Assembly: GCA_965225945.1 (NCBI GenBank)
Contig: CBDDBZ010000032.1
Coordinates: 64,001-128,000, forward strand
Direction: 5' to 3'
Length of the DNA stretch: 64,000 bases
DNA from: Alphaproteobacteria bacterium
GTDB lineage: Bacteria; Pseudomonadota; Alphaproteobacteria; GCA-2731375
This document shows, in pieces, positions 42,711-54,016 of the stretch. The position numbers and the translations under genes were made by a program. The notes under the pieces were generated by a model. The model worked only from the letters and a program-made list of their open reading frames with translations, searched no databases and was not told where the DNA came from. Numbering within the stretch: the first letter of the stretch is position 1; the number at the start of each line of letters is the position of its first letter.

Positions 42711-43694
42711 TCAAAGCCTTAGCGGTATTTCTGATACATGAACGCGCCGTCCAGGGTCGTCGACACCCGCCTCGCCGAGTAATGTTTCGAAAGCCTCGCG
42801 AATGGCAATCGGGTACTCGGTCGGTCCGATGATGATGCGCTCAATGAGTTCTGGAATCGCTACTCCGACCAGTCCTTCTTCGGGAATGTTTCGAAGCGGA
42901 ATCTTGTACACGGGTTGTGGCGTACTTCCGATGACCTCAATGTCCATGCTAAGATGCTCCGATTTCCCCATCTTTGGTACGTAAATGGCGCGCCACTCTT
43001 TCTCTTCGTTAAAACCTGGATGCTTTGTACAGAGTGTTCCAAACATGAAGGACCGGAATAGAAAGTTAATTATTGTCTCTTGGCCTTGAGCTCTGACAAA
43101 GTCAAAATTGTCTTTGAGCGCCTCTGTTACTTTTCCGAGCTCCGTCCCAAAACCCCCCTTGTCAAGGTATGAAACTGGACTGGAATACGCCTTGAGTGCA
43201 TCGGATCGAGTCAGGAATACCGTGTTGTTGAAAACAAAGGCTACACCCGTCGAGCCGCTGAATGCCCTCCACATCGAGAGACGACCGAAGCTATCCTCCG
43301 AATCAAGGTGTTCAGAAAAACACGTGATGTAGGTGTCAGAACATAGATATGGCTCCCAACCATTAAACAGATCTTCGATTTCCTTTGCGACGCCATTGAA
43401 CATCCTATTCAGCTCTGTCTTCAGTTGACCGCCAATTTCTCCATTGTAAGCCGCCTTCAAGCACTCAAGCCCATGCTGCACCTCCGTAAAATCTCTCATG
43501 CAGGATGTTTTTCGCATCCAAACGGTCTTGGATTTCAGTATTTTCATCGCTGCATCGGCACGCGTGTAGTGCACAAAGCGAATGTTCTCGTCCCGCACCG
43601 CGCATTGTCTCGCGAATGCATAGGGGAAAAAGATCTCCATGAGTTTGATTTGTTCAGGCGTTAAATCCATGTCCGTTATCTCCATAAATATCAT
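42711..43694 (-). CDS. DUF2971-family protein (lower GC than the flanks)
   Basis: VHYT, M.DFTE, ITCFSE, LSMWRAF, KHPGFNEEKEWR, IIIGP. Confidence 0.75.
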   Translation of the reverse strand: MIFMEITDMDLTPEQIKLMEIFFPYAFARQCAVRDENIRFVHYTRADAAMKILKSKTVWMRKTSCMRDFTEVQHGLECLKAAYNGEIGGQLKTELNRMFNGVAKEIEDLFNGWEPYLCSDTYITCFSEHLDSEDSFGRLSMWRAFSGSTGVAFVFNNTVFLTRSDALKAYSSPVSYLDKGGFGTELGKVTEALKDNFDFVRAQGQETIINFLFRSFMFGTLCTKHPGFNEEKEWRAIYVPKMGKSEHLSMDIEVIGSTPQPVYKIPLRNIPEEGLVGVAIPELIERIIIGPTEYPIAIREAFETLLGEAGVDDPGRRVHVSEIPLRL

Positions 43695-43766
43695 TTCTGA
43701 ATCGGGAGCAGATTATTGGGGACATTAGCACACGCGACAATTGCCCGATACCCTAGAAACACAAAC

Positions 43767-44035
43767 TCACCCCACCGCCCCACGCCCACCCGGCAGATGC
43801 CTGTAGAGCGTGCTCGGCGACACCTTCAGCCGCTCCGCCACCTCCGCCACGGAAATGCCGTTCACCCTCAGCATGGCCCTCGCCGCCGTAATGTCCGCCT
43901 CGTTCATCGCCGGTGGCCGTCCACCTGCCCGCCCGCCTTCGCCGCTTCGAGCCCGGCCATGGTCCGCTCGCAGATGATGCCCCGCTCGAACTCGGCCAGG
44001 GCGGCGAACAGGTGGAAGACGAAACTCGCGGCCGA
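43767..44035 (-). pseudogene. Serine resolvase/invertase C-terminal fragment (frameshifted)
   Basis: FHLFAALAEFERGIICERTMAGL, GGRPP, and the HTH VAEVAERLKVSPSTLYR. Confidence 0.75.
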
Positions 44036-44256
44036 GTCCGACGAAGCTCGCCTCACTCGCATCCGTTGCCAGCCTGAATTGGCGCCGGTCGGGGCCAAAT
44101 TGGAAATCATTTCCGTTCTGCCAAATCCGCAATTATTGCGGATATCGGCCAAATTGGCCGTTTCGCCGCCGCACCTCGCGCGGGGGCGGGACGGCACCGT
44201 CCCGAAGCACCGAGGCGCCCCTCGCGGGCGAAGGCGTAACCAGAGTGCCCGAAACG

Positions 44257-45048
44257 CTACGCGCCGGGGCGAAGCTGGCCGGCGAATTGCGCGGTCACGC
44301 CGCCGTCCACCGTGAGGACCGAGCCGGTCATATAGGAAGACGCGTCAGAGGCCAGAAACAGCGCCACCCGCGCCACCTCATCCGCCTCGCCGAGACGGCC
44401 AAGCGGGCGCAGCAGGGTCATCTTCGCCCGCGTTGCTTCGGGATCGCCGCTACGGGCGATCCCCTGTTCGTACATCGGCGTCACCGTGGCGCCGGGGCAG
44501 ATGCAATTCACCCGGACGCCTTGCGCGGCGAAGTCGAGCGCCAAGTTCTTGGTCAGCAGCACGACGCCACCCTTCGACGCGTTATACGCGGCGCCATCCC
44601 GCAGCCCGTCCAGCCCGGCGACGGAGGCGATGTTCACGACCGCCGCGCCCGGCCGGCCGGCCGGCGATGTGTGGCAAGGCATATTTCGAACAGAGATAGA
44701 CACCCTTCAGATTGACCCCGATAACCCGATCCCAATCGGCCTCGTCGGTCGACACGACCGACCCCGTCCTGTGGATTCCGGCATTGTTGACCAGGATGTC
44801 GATCCCCCCGAAAGCCTCGAGGGCGGTTTCAACCATGGCCTGCACACTGTTGGCACCGGCCACATCGCAGGGAACGAAGCGGGCCTCGCCACCGGATTCG
44901 ACAATGTCCCGAACCGCCGTTTCGCCGGCGCGTCGATATCGGCGAGTGTTACCCGCGCACCTTCCGCTGCGAAAAGACCGGCGATAGCGCGTCCCAACCC
45001 CACGGCGCCACCGGTGACAATAGCCCTCCGCCCCATGAGGCTCGTCAT
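44257..45048 (-). pseudogene. SDR oxidoreductase, frameshifted twice
   Basis: TGGAVGLG, NNAG and YNASK occur in three different reading frames. Confidence 0.8.
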
Positions 45049-45368
45049 GAATTGCTCCTTTTCGGCCAAAAATCCCGCAATCCGCCACTCGGACCACGGC
45101 CTGAAAATAGCCGCGATATCGTCAAACCAATAGGTCATCTGGGCAACGTGGGCCGAAGTACGCTTGGAATTCGCACCCTTGTTGATACTCCCACCGTCCG
45201 CTCACCAAGCTCGACGACGCCACCTTTGAGGAAGCCATCACCTCCGCCGCCATCCACGCCGGGATGGAACGGGCGGACGTCACGCCGCGGTTGTCAAATC
45301 GCCGATGAGTGGGAAGCGGACAAAAAACGGAGCCGGGATGAGGTTCTGGCGAACATGAGGAGAATAAC

Positions 45369-46423
45369 GTGAAGCGGAACAAGAACGACGCGGGGGACGC
45401 CGAGGCGATCTGCGAGGCGGTGACACGGCCATCGATGCGGGTGGTGGGGACCAAGAGCTAGGAGCAGCAGAGTGTCCTGATGCTGCACAAGACGCGGCAT
45501 CTGCTTGTTCGCCAGCGGACCATGCTGAGCAATGCGATCCGGGCGCACCTGGCCGAGTTCGGGATCATTGCGCCGGAGGGCCGCCAAGGGGTGGCGACGC
45601 TCTTGGAGGTTCTGGAGAGCGAAGACGATTACCAGATCCCCGCCTTCGCGCAGTTTTCCTTGACCGCTCTGGCCGGGCAGTATCGAGCCTTGCTGGCCGA
45701 GATCAAACTGTTGGAGCGAAGCCTGCACGCCTGGCATCGAAAGAGTGATGTCAGCCGTCGTCTGGCGGAGATCCCGGGTGTCGGCCCGCTCGTCGCCAGC
45801 GCGCTGACGGCGAGCGTCGCGGATCCGGGCATCTTCTCCTCGGGACGCGGCATGGCGGCGTGGATCGGGCTCGTACCGAAGGAGGACTCGACCGGCGGCA
45901 AGCACCGGCTCGGGCCGATCTCCAAACAGGGCAACCGCTACCTTCGATGGCTGCTGGTCACCGGAGCCATGGCGGTGATCCGTCAGGGGATCCGGACCGG
46001 CTTCAGGCGACGGCCTTGGTTGGCGAAATTGGTCGCCAATCGGCCACTCGAGCTGGCGGCTGTGGCACTGGCGAACCGGATCGCGCGGATCGCCTGGGTG
46101 ATCATGTCACGTGGAGAGCGCTACCGGGATCCGGTCGCGCAGGCCGCATAGGAATTCGGGCCCGGCGAAGGCCGGCGCGATAGAACTTGGGAAGGGCAAT
46201 CGACGTCATGCAGCAACGGTCGTGCCGGGGATCGGGAGAGCCCGCTTGGGTCACCGCATCAAATGAATGCGCAATTTTGATCAGGGATCCGATCCGCGGA
46301 ACGCATGAAGGCCAGCGGCCAGAACCGACGTGCCGCACAAACAGGCCGTACAGATGACCGCACCCGACCAGCCCTGCATCGACACCGAGAAAACCCTTGC
46401 CAAGAAGGCGCCGTCCACAGATG
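45369..46423 (+). mobile_element. IS110-family (IS1111-type) element, 5'-truncated with an in-frame TAG at 45459
   Basis: KNDAGDAEAI, IPGVGP, AWIGLVP, STGGK, ISKQGNRYLR, VALANRIARIAW. About 270-nt non-coding right end ending GCCGTCCACAGATG. Confidence 0.8.
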
Positions 46424-46429
46424 ACCCAC

Positions 46430-46531
46430 AGCGACGCTTGCGTTGCCGAGGGAGGTGGAATACTGGTCGCTAACCACGCTACGGGAAAAGCTGGTGAAGA
46501 TTGGAGCCAAGGTCGTCCGCCATGGCCGCTA
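46430..46531 (+). pseudogene. IS1380-family transposase C-terminal remnant, interrupted by IS630
   Basis: LPREVEYWSLTTLREKLVKIGAKVVRHGR, continuing VTFQ after the IS630. Confidence 0.65.
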
Positions 46532-47710
46532 GTGTCCTGATCGATAAATTGATATGATTATATCTCTATTTGTTTTCAGGAGGCGCGATTGATGGCGAGA
46601 GTGGCGGTGACGATCTCTTTGAGCGATGACGAGCGCGCCGAATTGGAGGCGCTGTCTCGTCGTCGCAAGACGTCGCAGGGGCTTGCGCGGCGGGCTCGGA
46701 TCGTCTTGGCGGCGGCGGAAGGGTTGGAGAACAAGGAGATCGCCGTTCGTCTCGAGGCGAGCGCGGACACCGTGGGCAAGTGGCGTCGCCGCTATGCGGC
46801 GGAGGGCCTCGACGGTCTGTACGACGAACCCCGCCCCGGCGCGCCGCGTCAAATCGGCGATGACGCCATCGCGGAAGCGGTCCGGCTGACGCTGGAAGAG
46901 ACGCCGCCGGACGCGACCCATTGGAGCCTTCGCTCGATGGCGCGGGCGAGCGGCCACGCGCCCTCGACCATTCATCGCATCTGGCGGGCCTTCGGCTTGC
47001 AGCCGCATCGCTCGGAGACCTTCAAGCTGTCGAGCGATCCCTTCTTCGTGGAGAAGGTCCGCGACATCGTCGGTCTGTATTTGGCGCCGCCGGATCGTGC
47101 CCTGGTTCTCTGTGTCGACGAAAAGAGCCAGATCCAGGCCTTGGACCGTTCCCAGCCCCTCTTGCCGATGCGCCCCGGGCAGGCGGAGCGGCGCAGCCAC
47201 GACTACAAGCGCCACGGCACGACCTCTCTCTTCGCGGCCCTCGACATCGCCACGGGAGAGATCATCGGCAAATGTTTCCCGCGCCATCGGGCCCGAGAGT
47301 TCCGCAAATTCCTCGACCTCGTCGAGGCGAACGTCCCTGGTGATCTCGACATCCACATCGTCATGGACAACTACGGGACCCACAAGACCAAGGCGATCCG
47401 CGACTGGTTCGCCAAACGGCCGCGCTGGCAGGCCCATTTCACACCCACCAGCGCCTCCTGGCTGAACCAGGTCGAGCGCTGGTTCGGGCTGCTGACCGAC
47501 AAGCAGATCAGGCGCGGCGTCCATCGCTCCACCAAGGAGTTGGAGCGCACCATCCTCGACTACATCGACACGACAAACCAGAACCCCAAACCCTTCAAAT
47601 GGACCAAATCCGCCGATGACATCCTCGGCGCCATCCAGCGCTTCTGCCTCCGAACAATCGAAATCGCTGAACAGCAGGCGAAAATCATGCGAACTTCGGA
47701 ATCGGGACAC
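46532..47710 (+). mobile_element. IS630-family insertion sequence
   Basis: GTGTCC...GGACAC ends flanked by TA (46530-31, 47711-12). Confidence 0.9.
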
Positions 47711-47713
47711 TAG
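46589..47713 (+). CDS. IS630-family transposase
   Basis: [44 protein letters not shown]. Confidence 0.93.
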   Translation: MMARVAVTISLSDDERAELEALSRRRKTSQGLARRARIVLAAAEGLENKEIAVRLEASADTVGKWRRRYAAEGLDGLYDEPRPGAPRQIGDDAIAEAVRLTLEETPPDATHWSLRSMARASGHAPSTIHRIWRAFGLQPHRSETFKLSSDPFFVEKVRDIVGLYLAPPDRALVLCVDEKSQIQALDRSQPLLPMRPGQAERRSHDYKRHGTTSLFAALDIATGEIIGKCFPRHRAREFRKFLDLVEANVPGDLDIHIVMDNYGTHKTKAIRDWFAKRPRWQAHFTPTSASWLNQVERWFGLLTDKQIRRGVHRSTKELERTILDYIDTTNQNPKPFKWTKSADDILGAIQRFCLRTIEIAEQQAKIMRTSESGH

Positions 47714-47833
47714 GTTACTTTCCAATTGAATTGCCATGGATTTGGAGGTCATCTGGCGAATGTCGGATAGTAGGCCCTAGAATGCTCGTGCTCACCAGAC
47801 GGACCACCACGAACCGAGAGGGGAGGGGAGGCG

Positions 47834-48694
47834 ATGGCCAAGAAGCTGATCAAAGCGCAGATCAACGACATCAATCTCCAGTATCTGCCGCGTCTCACGG
47901 TGAAAAACGCGGACGAGTACCTGCAGAAATCGGCCGAGCGCAGCGCCCGGGTGCGCAAGAAACTCGCCTGCCGGATCGACGTGCCGTACGGGGACACGCC
48001 GGGGCAGATGCTCGATATCTTTCCCGCCGCGCGCAAGGGCGCACCGGTGCACGTGTTCATTCACGGTGGCTACTGGCGCGCGCTCGACAAGGACATCTAC
48101 AGCCACCTCGCCGGGCCGATGGTCGCGGCCGGCGCTACCGTGGTGTTGCCCAATTACGATCTCTGCCCGAAGGTGCGCATCACCGACATCGTCCACCAGA
48201 TGCGGCGCGCGATCGCCTGGGTCTACAAGAACATCGCCAAGCACAACGGCGATCCCAAAAGGATCTACGTATCCGGCCACTCGGCCGGCGGCCACCTCAC
48301 CGGGATGATGATCGCGACCGACTGGTCGAAGGAGGGTCGCCTGCCGAATGACCTGATCAAGGGAACCGCGCCTTTGAGCGGGCTGTTTGACATCGAGCCG
48401 CATCGCCACTCGCAACTGCAGCCGGACATCCGACTGACGGCCAAAGAAGCCAAAGCCATGAGTCCGATGTACCTGCCTCCCTTCGCAAAAGGGCCCTCGA
48501 TCGTCGCCGTGGGCGGCGCCGAGCCCGACCTGTTCCACTGGCAGTCACTCGAATACGCGGCCCGTCTCAGATTGCACCGGATCAAGGCGGAGTACGTATC
48601 GACGCCAGGCGACAATCATTTCGCCATCGCAGACCGCCTCGGCGACGCCCGGGATCCGTTGACCAAGGCATTGATCGCGCAAATGGGCCTGTAA
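47834..48694 (+). CDS. Alpha/beta hydrolase, arylformamidase (kynurenine formamidase)-like
   Basis: FIHGGYW, GHSAGGHL, SGLFD, NHF. Confidence 0.82.
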   Translation: MAKKLIKAQINDINLQYLPRLTVKNADEYLQKSAERSARVRKKLACRIDVPYGDTPGQMLDIFPAARKGAPVHVFIHGGYWRALDKDIYSHLAGPMVAAGATVVLPNYDLCPKVRITDIVHQMRRAIAWVYKNIAKHNGDPKRIYVSGHSAGGHLTGMMIATDWSKEGRLPNDLIKGTAPLSGLFDIEPHRHSQLQPDIRLTAKEAKAMSPMYLPPFAKGPSIVAVGGAEPDLFHWQSLEYAARLRLHRIKAEYVSTPGDNHFAIADRLGDARDPLTKALIAQMGL

Positions 48695-48920
48695 TCGGAT
48701 CATCCGCAAATCGGCGGCCGAGCGACCGCGCACAGCATCGTCCGCGACCGGCGAGTTCTGCTTCGGTGAAGGGCGCCTGAAAGTCGTTCGAGCGGAAGCC
48801 GATGCCTCGGGCTCCCTCGGCCGAGGCGTGGGCGGAGACCTCCCCCTTGCCGCTCGGTGAGCTGGGGAGGCGCGATTTGACGCATCGTCGAATACGCCCC
48901 ATTCTATATTCCGATAATGG

Positions 48921-49909
48921 ATGGGTATCGGAAGCCAGAAGGGGCGCGCGGCAATGCGCGAGTTGGTCGAGACACGGCGAGCGGGTCGGATTGCCACCTT
49001 GGCCGAGACGACGGAGCGGGCACGGGCCTACTTCGACGCCAGCCAGGCGCGGAATACGCGTCGAGCCTATGCGAGCGGGCTTCGGCACTTTCAGGCTTGG
49101 TGCGAGGGGCGGGGGCTGGAAGCTCTGCCGGCGGCGCCGCAGACGGTCGCGCTCTACTTCGCCGATCATGCCGGGACGCTCAAGGTCTCGACGCTGCAAC
49201 AGCGTCTCTCGGCCATCGCCGGGGTGCACAAGCTCAAGGGCCTCGACAGCCCGACCCGGCACGCGGCGGTGACGACGGTCTGGAGCGGCATCAAGCGGAC
49301 GCATGGCACGGCGCAGCAGGGCAAGGCCCCGGTCCTGGGCACTGACCTCCGCGCCATGCTCGCGGCCCTGCCCGGCAGTCTCACCGGTATTCGCGATCGG
49401 GCCTTGCTGCTGGTCGGCTTCGGCGGAGCTTTCCGACGCTCAGAGCTGGTCGCGCTGGACTGGTCGGACATCGAGGAAACGGCCGAGGGCCTGGTCGTCA
49501 CCCTGAAGCGGTCCAAGACCGACCAGGAGGGCGAGGGCGCCAAAGTCGGCATCCCCGAGGGCGAACGTCCGATACCTGCCCCGACGCGGCGCTCCGTGCC
49601 TGGAAAGAGGCATCAGGCGGCGAGGGTCCTGTGTTCCGAAGCCTCACCCGGCATGGTCGGATTGGCGGGCGATTGTCGGACAAGGGTGTTGCCATCGTGG
49701 TGAAGCGTGCCGCCGCATCGGCCCGCCTCGATCCGTCCCGGTTCTCTGGGCATTCGCTACGAGCTGGGCTGGCGACATCGGCGGCGGCAGCGGGAGCCTC
49801 TGAGCGCGCGATCGGCAATCAGACCCGTCACAAGAGTCTCAAGGTGCTCCGAGGTTACATTCGCGAGGGCAGCCTGTTCCGGGAGAATGCCGCAGCGACC
49901 GTGCTCTGA
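48921..49909 (+). pseudogene. Cre-like tyrosine recombinase, frameshifted near 49560-49630
   Basis: NTRRAY, RDRALLLVGFGGAFRRSEL and SKTDQ in one frame; SGHSLRAG and TRH...Y in another. Confidence 0.8.
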
Positions 49910-50176
49910 GTCAGCGCTACAGTCGCCTACTGAGCCAGTTGCTATGGCCTGTTGTTGCAAAGAACCACCCTGCGAGCCCAAGATACCTTGCTCGGAGTAG
50001 TTGGCCGTTAAATTCCCGAATTTCGGCGGCATCGTTGGTGTAATCGTCGTGAGGCACGGTTCGAGTTTGCAAGAAATCGCCTGAGGCAAGGTGGATTTCT
50101 TGCAATTTCGTGTGATTTTATGTTCTATTTTTCGCTGATTCATGTTATAGTCAAGCTCGTGATTATGAGGGCTCCC

Positions 50177-50255
50177 ATGCGACCGAAGCAGTCTCCCAAG
50201 GCCGATCACGACGACCTCTTCCGTTCGCGCCTCGACCACATCATCAACATGCGCC
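50177..50255 (+). pseudogene. IS5-family transposase N-terminal stub cut by IS481-like copy 2
   Basis: MRPKQSPKADHDDLFRSRLDHIINMR. Confidence 0.65.
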
Positions 50256-51579
50256 TGTAGCTCGTCAAAACCCCATCTGCCGCAGAAATCATAGCGTTTC
50301 CGGCCACTGCCGACTACCGTCGTCGGCATGCAAGCGACCATCATGATTCTCTCCACCACGCTGCGCGAGACCTTCCTCAGCCGCGCGTCGCTACACCTGG
50401 AAAACCTCGCCCTCCGCCAGCAGGTGGCAATCCTGAAGCGGGAACGGCGACGGCCGCGGCTCCAGACGCTGGACCGCTTGTTCTGGGTCATCCTTTCCCG
50501 CCTTTGGCCGCGCTGGCGCGAGGTGCTGGTGATCGTAAGGCCGGAAACCGTCATCGGCTGGCACCGCAGGGGATTTCGTGCATTCTGGACCTGGAAATCC
50601 AGGCGCGGCAAACCAGGACGGCCTCCGGTGCCCAAGGATGTCCGCGAACTCATCCGTCGAATGTGTCGGGAGAACCCCTTGTGGGGCGCTCCTCGCATCC
50701 ACGGCGAACTCATGAAGCTGGGAATCGAGGCATCGGGGGCGACGGTATCGAGGTACATGGCGCGGCATCGGAAGCCACCGTCGCAGACGTGGCGGACGTT
50801 CCTCGACAACCACGTCGGCTGCCTCGTCTCGGCCGATTTCTCTGTGGTGCCGACGGCCACGTTCGCCGTTCTGTTCGTCTTCATCGTGCTGCGCCACGAA
50901 CGGCGGCGCATCGAGCACGTCGGTGTTACAGCACACCCGACCACGGCGTGGGTGGCGCAGCAGATCCGCGAGGTCTTTCCGTGGGACACGGCACCACGGT
51001 ATCTCATTCGTGATCGGGACGGGGCGTACGGTCAGGAGTTTCGGGAGCGGTTGAAGGCGATGGGCATCGAGGAGGTTGTGACGGCGCCGCGAAGCTCATG
51101 GCAAAATCCGTTCGTCGAAAGGGCAATCGGCTCGATCAGGCGAGATTGTCTGGACCACGTCATTGTTCTCAACGAGCGCCATCTCCGACAGATTCTTTGT
51201 TCCTACCTCGCCTACTACCACGGGTCTCGCACGCACTTGGCGCTCGGGAAGGATACGCCCGACGGACGGCCCGTCCAGTCGGCCGACGGCGGAAAGGTGG
51301 TTGCGTTTCCTCGAGTTGGAGGACTTCATCACCGGTACGAGCGCCTCGCGGCCTAAGGACCGACAACGGCATTTGCCCCAGGAGGTGCTGCTAGAAGCGA
51401 GCGGCCCGTCTCCGCTGCGCCGACACCGTTGAGAAAAAGAACAAAGCTCCAGCATTCCGCGTGCATATCGGCCGATGCGACCATTGCAATCTTTCCGCCG
51501 GGTCCAACGGCCGACACCGTCGCCCGGGTCGTTCGTCTCGGATCCGGCCGCGCCGCGGAATAGGTTTTGAGGAACGGCT
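50256..51579 (+). mobile_element. IS481-like element, copy 2 (inverted relative to copy 1)
   Basis: Begins TGTAGCTCGTCAAAACCCC. Transposase 50328..51356. Right IR slightly degenerate. Confidence 0.8.
50328..51356 (+). CDS. Integrase-core (rve) DDE transposase
   Basis: Nearly identical to 32408..33436. Confidence 0.88.
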   Translation: MQATIMILSTTLRETFLSRASLHLENLALRQQVAILKRERRRPRLQTLDRLFWVILSRLWPRWREVLVIVRPETVIGWHRRGFRAFWTWKSRRGKPGRPPVPKDVRELIRRMCRENPLWGAPRIHGELMKLGIEASGATVSRYMARHRKPPSQTWRTFLDNHVGCLVSADFSVVPTATFAVLFVFIVLRHERRRIEHVGVTAHPTTAWVAQQIREVFPWDTAPRYLIRDRDGAYGQEFRERLKAMGIEEVVTAPRSSWQNPFVERAIGSIRRDCLDHVIVLNERHLRQILCSYLAYYHGSRTHLALGKDTPDGRPVQSADGGKVVAFPRVGGLHHRYERLAA

Positions 51580-51721
51580 CCGATTGCGCCTGCCACGAGG
51601 CCGGGCCGGACAAGTTGCGCCAACCGTTGCCCTTGACTTGGCCCGGTTGCGCCGCCACAGATTCGGCGACAGTCCGGGGCGGCAGAGGGAATCGAACGTC
51701 GCCCGGCGTGGAGCGTATCGC

Positions 51722-54007
51722 ATGGCAGCCATCGCCGCCGACATCGCCCAGTTGTTGGACGACGTCCGCCGGCCCGGCGACTTCTGCACCTCCGGCAGCT
51801 TGGAGATCTTTGCCCCGGGACTGGAGGTCGAGGGCGTCGGACCGGTCGCCCTGCCGCTCCTGGCGGCGCAGGCCGAACAGCTGGTCGCCGTCGCCCGCCG
51901 GGCACCTTATGGCCGTGGCGAGCAGACCCTGGTCGACACCGAGGTCCGGCGGACCTGGCAGATCGACGCCGGCCGGGTGCGGCTCACCGGCCGGGGCTGG
52001 GCGCGCACCCTCGAGGCCATCGTCGGCCGCGCGGCGGAAGGCCTGGGCGTAGAAGGGCCGGTCGCGGCTGAGCTTTACAAGCTGCTGGTCTACGACCGAG
52101 GCAGTTTCTTCATCGGCCACCGCGACAGCGAGAAACGGGACGGGATGTTTGCGACGCTGGTCGTCGCGCTGCCTTCGGTCGGCAGCGGCGGCGAGCTGCT
52201 GGTCCGGCACAAGGATCGGGAGGCGCGGCTCGACCTCAGGGTCACCGATCCAGCGGAAGTGGCCTTCGCCGCCTTCTACGCCGACTGCCTGCACGAGGTG
52301 TTGCCGGTAGTCTCGGGCTTTCGGCTGACCCTGGTCTACAATCTCTCGCGCCCGGCGGCGGGCCGGCGGCCGACGCCGCCCGACCACGCAGCCGAACAGA
52401 ACGCGCTGGCCGCGCGGTTGCGCCGCTGGGTCGAGAACGAGGCGTCTGAAGACGCCGCGGCGCCGGACAAGCTGGTCTATCCGCTGGAGCATGCCTACAC
52501 CCTGGCGGGCCTGTCGTTCGCGACGCTGAAAGGGCCGGACGCCGCCAGGGCCGCCACGCTGGCGGCGGCGGCGGAGACCGCCGGGTGCGACGCATACCTG
52601 GCGCTGCTGTCGATCGAGGAGTGGGGCAGCGCCGAGCACGCGGGCCATTACGGCTGGCGTCGCGGCCAGGTCGAGGACGAGTTCGAGCCGATCGAGGTTC
52701 ACGAGAGGAGCCAAGCGCTTACTGATTGGCGGCGGCCCGACCACAGCGATCCGGGGCTTGGACCGCTGCCGTTTGACGAGGACGAGTTGGCGCCTCCCGG
52801 CGCCCTGGACGACATCGCCCCCGACGAGGAGAGCTTCCGCGAGGCAACCGGCAACGAGGGCGCCACGTTCGAACGCAGCTACCGGCGCGTCGCCCTGGTG
52901 CTGTGGCCGCGCGAGCGCTCGTTGGCGGTGCTCAACCAGGGCGGCCTGGCCGCCACCCTGCCGTATCTCGCCGAGCTTGCCGAGCGATGGACGGCGGGCG
53001 GGTCAGACCGGCAGTCGTCGCTCTGGACCGAGGCGCACGAGCTCGCGGGCCACATGCTAGCCTCGTGGCCCAGGCATCCCTGGCAAACCTCCGAGTCGCG
53101 CGGCGAAGTTTTGGCTCTGCTGGCGACGCTCTGCCGGCTCGGGGATGCCGCGCGCATCGAGGCCTTCCTGGGCGACGTGAGCGCGGCCGGCGCCTACGCC
53201 CAGGGCGACAACGAGAGCATCGTCGCGGCGCTGCGCCAGTTGCCGCCGCGAAGCGCCGAGGCGGCGGTCGAGCGCATCGTTGCCGGCAACGCCGCGCGTG
53301 TCCCGGCCGCCTGCGCCAATCTTTTGGCGCTGGCATCGACGTCGGCCATGGCGCCGCGCGCGGCGGCCGCCGCCCTACTCGCGGCACTGCGGGGCGACCC
53401 CGCGCGCGCGCCGCAAGAGGCCTCCTGGAATCGGCCGGAACGCAGGGGGCCCGAGTTCGTCGTCGATCTCTTGGCCGGCCTCGGGCAGATCGACACGGCC
53501 CTCGCCGAGGCGGCGGTCGACACGCTCCTGGCTTGGCCCAAGACCTACGGCATGGACGCAATGCTCGTGCCCGCCGTCGTGGCCCTCGGCGAGACGGCCG
53601 CCAACCAGACGGCCGCCGGCGCGGCGGTGGCACGCCTCGGCGAGGCCGCAGCGGATCACCTGCGCGCCCGCATCGCTCTGCCGCTGGCACCGCCGACCGA
53701 CTGGTCGCGGGACGCCAAGCTCGGCTGCGATTGCCGGCACTGCCGCGAGCTCGGCCTGTTTCTCGCCGACCCCGCGCGCAGCATCTGGCTTTTCAGGGCC
53801 GCCCAAGCCGACCGCGGCCATGTGGAGAGCACCGTCCGCAACAGCCGCTCTGACCTCGAACTGAAGACGCACCGCCAGGGCCGACCTTACACGCTGGAGT
53901 GCACCAAGAACCAAGCAAGCTACCAACGGCGCGTGCGGCAACGCGAGAAGGACCAGGCGAATCTGGCGCTGATCGAAGTGCGGTGGACATCGACGAGGCG
54001 AGGTTGA
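51722..54007 (+). CDS. Large 2OG-Fe(II) oxygenase-domain protein
   Basis: APYGRG..TLVD..VRRTW, YKLLVY, HRD, GGEL, HEV.PV..GFR..LVYNL, followed by a long helical C-terminus with CDCRHC. Confidence 0.8.
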   Translation: MAAIAADIAQLLDDVRRPGDFCTSGSLEIFAPGLEVEGVGPVALPLLAAQAEQLVAVARRAPYGRGEQTLVDTEVRRTWQIDAGRVRLTGRGWARTLEAIVGRAAEGLGVEGPVAAELYKLLVYDRGSFFIGHRDSEKRDGMFATLVVALPSVGSGGELLVRHKDREARLDLRVTDPAEVAFAAFYADCLHEVLPVVSGFRLTLVYNLSRPAAGRRPTPPDHAAEQNALAARLRRWVENEASEDAAAPDKLVYPLEHAYTLAGLSFATLKGPDAARAATLAAAAETAGCDAYLALLSIEEWGSAEHAGHYGWRRGQVEDEFEPIEVHERSQALTDWRRPDHSDPGLGPLPFDEDELAPPGALDDIAPDEESFREATGNEGATFERSYRRVALVLWPRERSLAVLNQGGLAATLPYLAELAERWTAGGSDRQSSLWTEAHELAGHMLASWPRHPWQTSESRGEVLALLATLCRLGDAARIEAFLGDVSAAGAYAQGDNESIVAALRQLPPRSAEAAVERIVAGNAARVPAACANLLALASTSAMAPRAAAAALLAALRGDPARAPQEASWNRPERRGPEFVVDLLAGLGQIDTALAEAAVDTLLAWPKTYGMDAMLVPAVVALGETAANQTAAGAAVARLGEAAADHLRARIALPLAPPTDWSRDAKLGCDCRHCRELGLFLADPARSIWLFRAAQADRGHVESTVRNSRSDLELKTHRQGRPYTLECTKNQASYQRRVRQREKDQANLALIEVRWTSTRRG

Positions 54008-54016
54008 GGCTGCCTC

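Noticed and set aside
32183-51579. Bona fide composite transposon
   Set aside because: There is no shared target duplication at the outer ends, and the right IR of copy 2 is degenerate.
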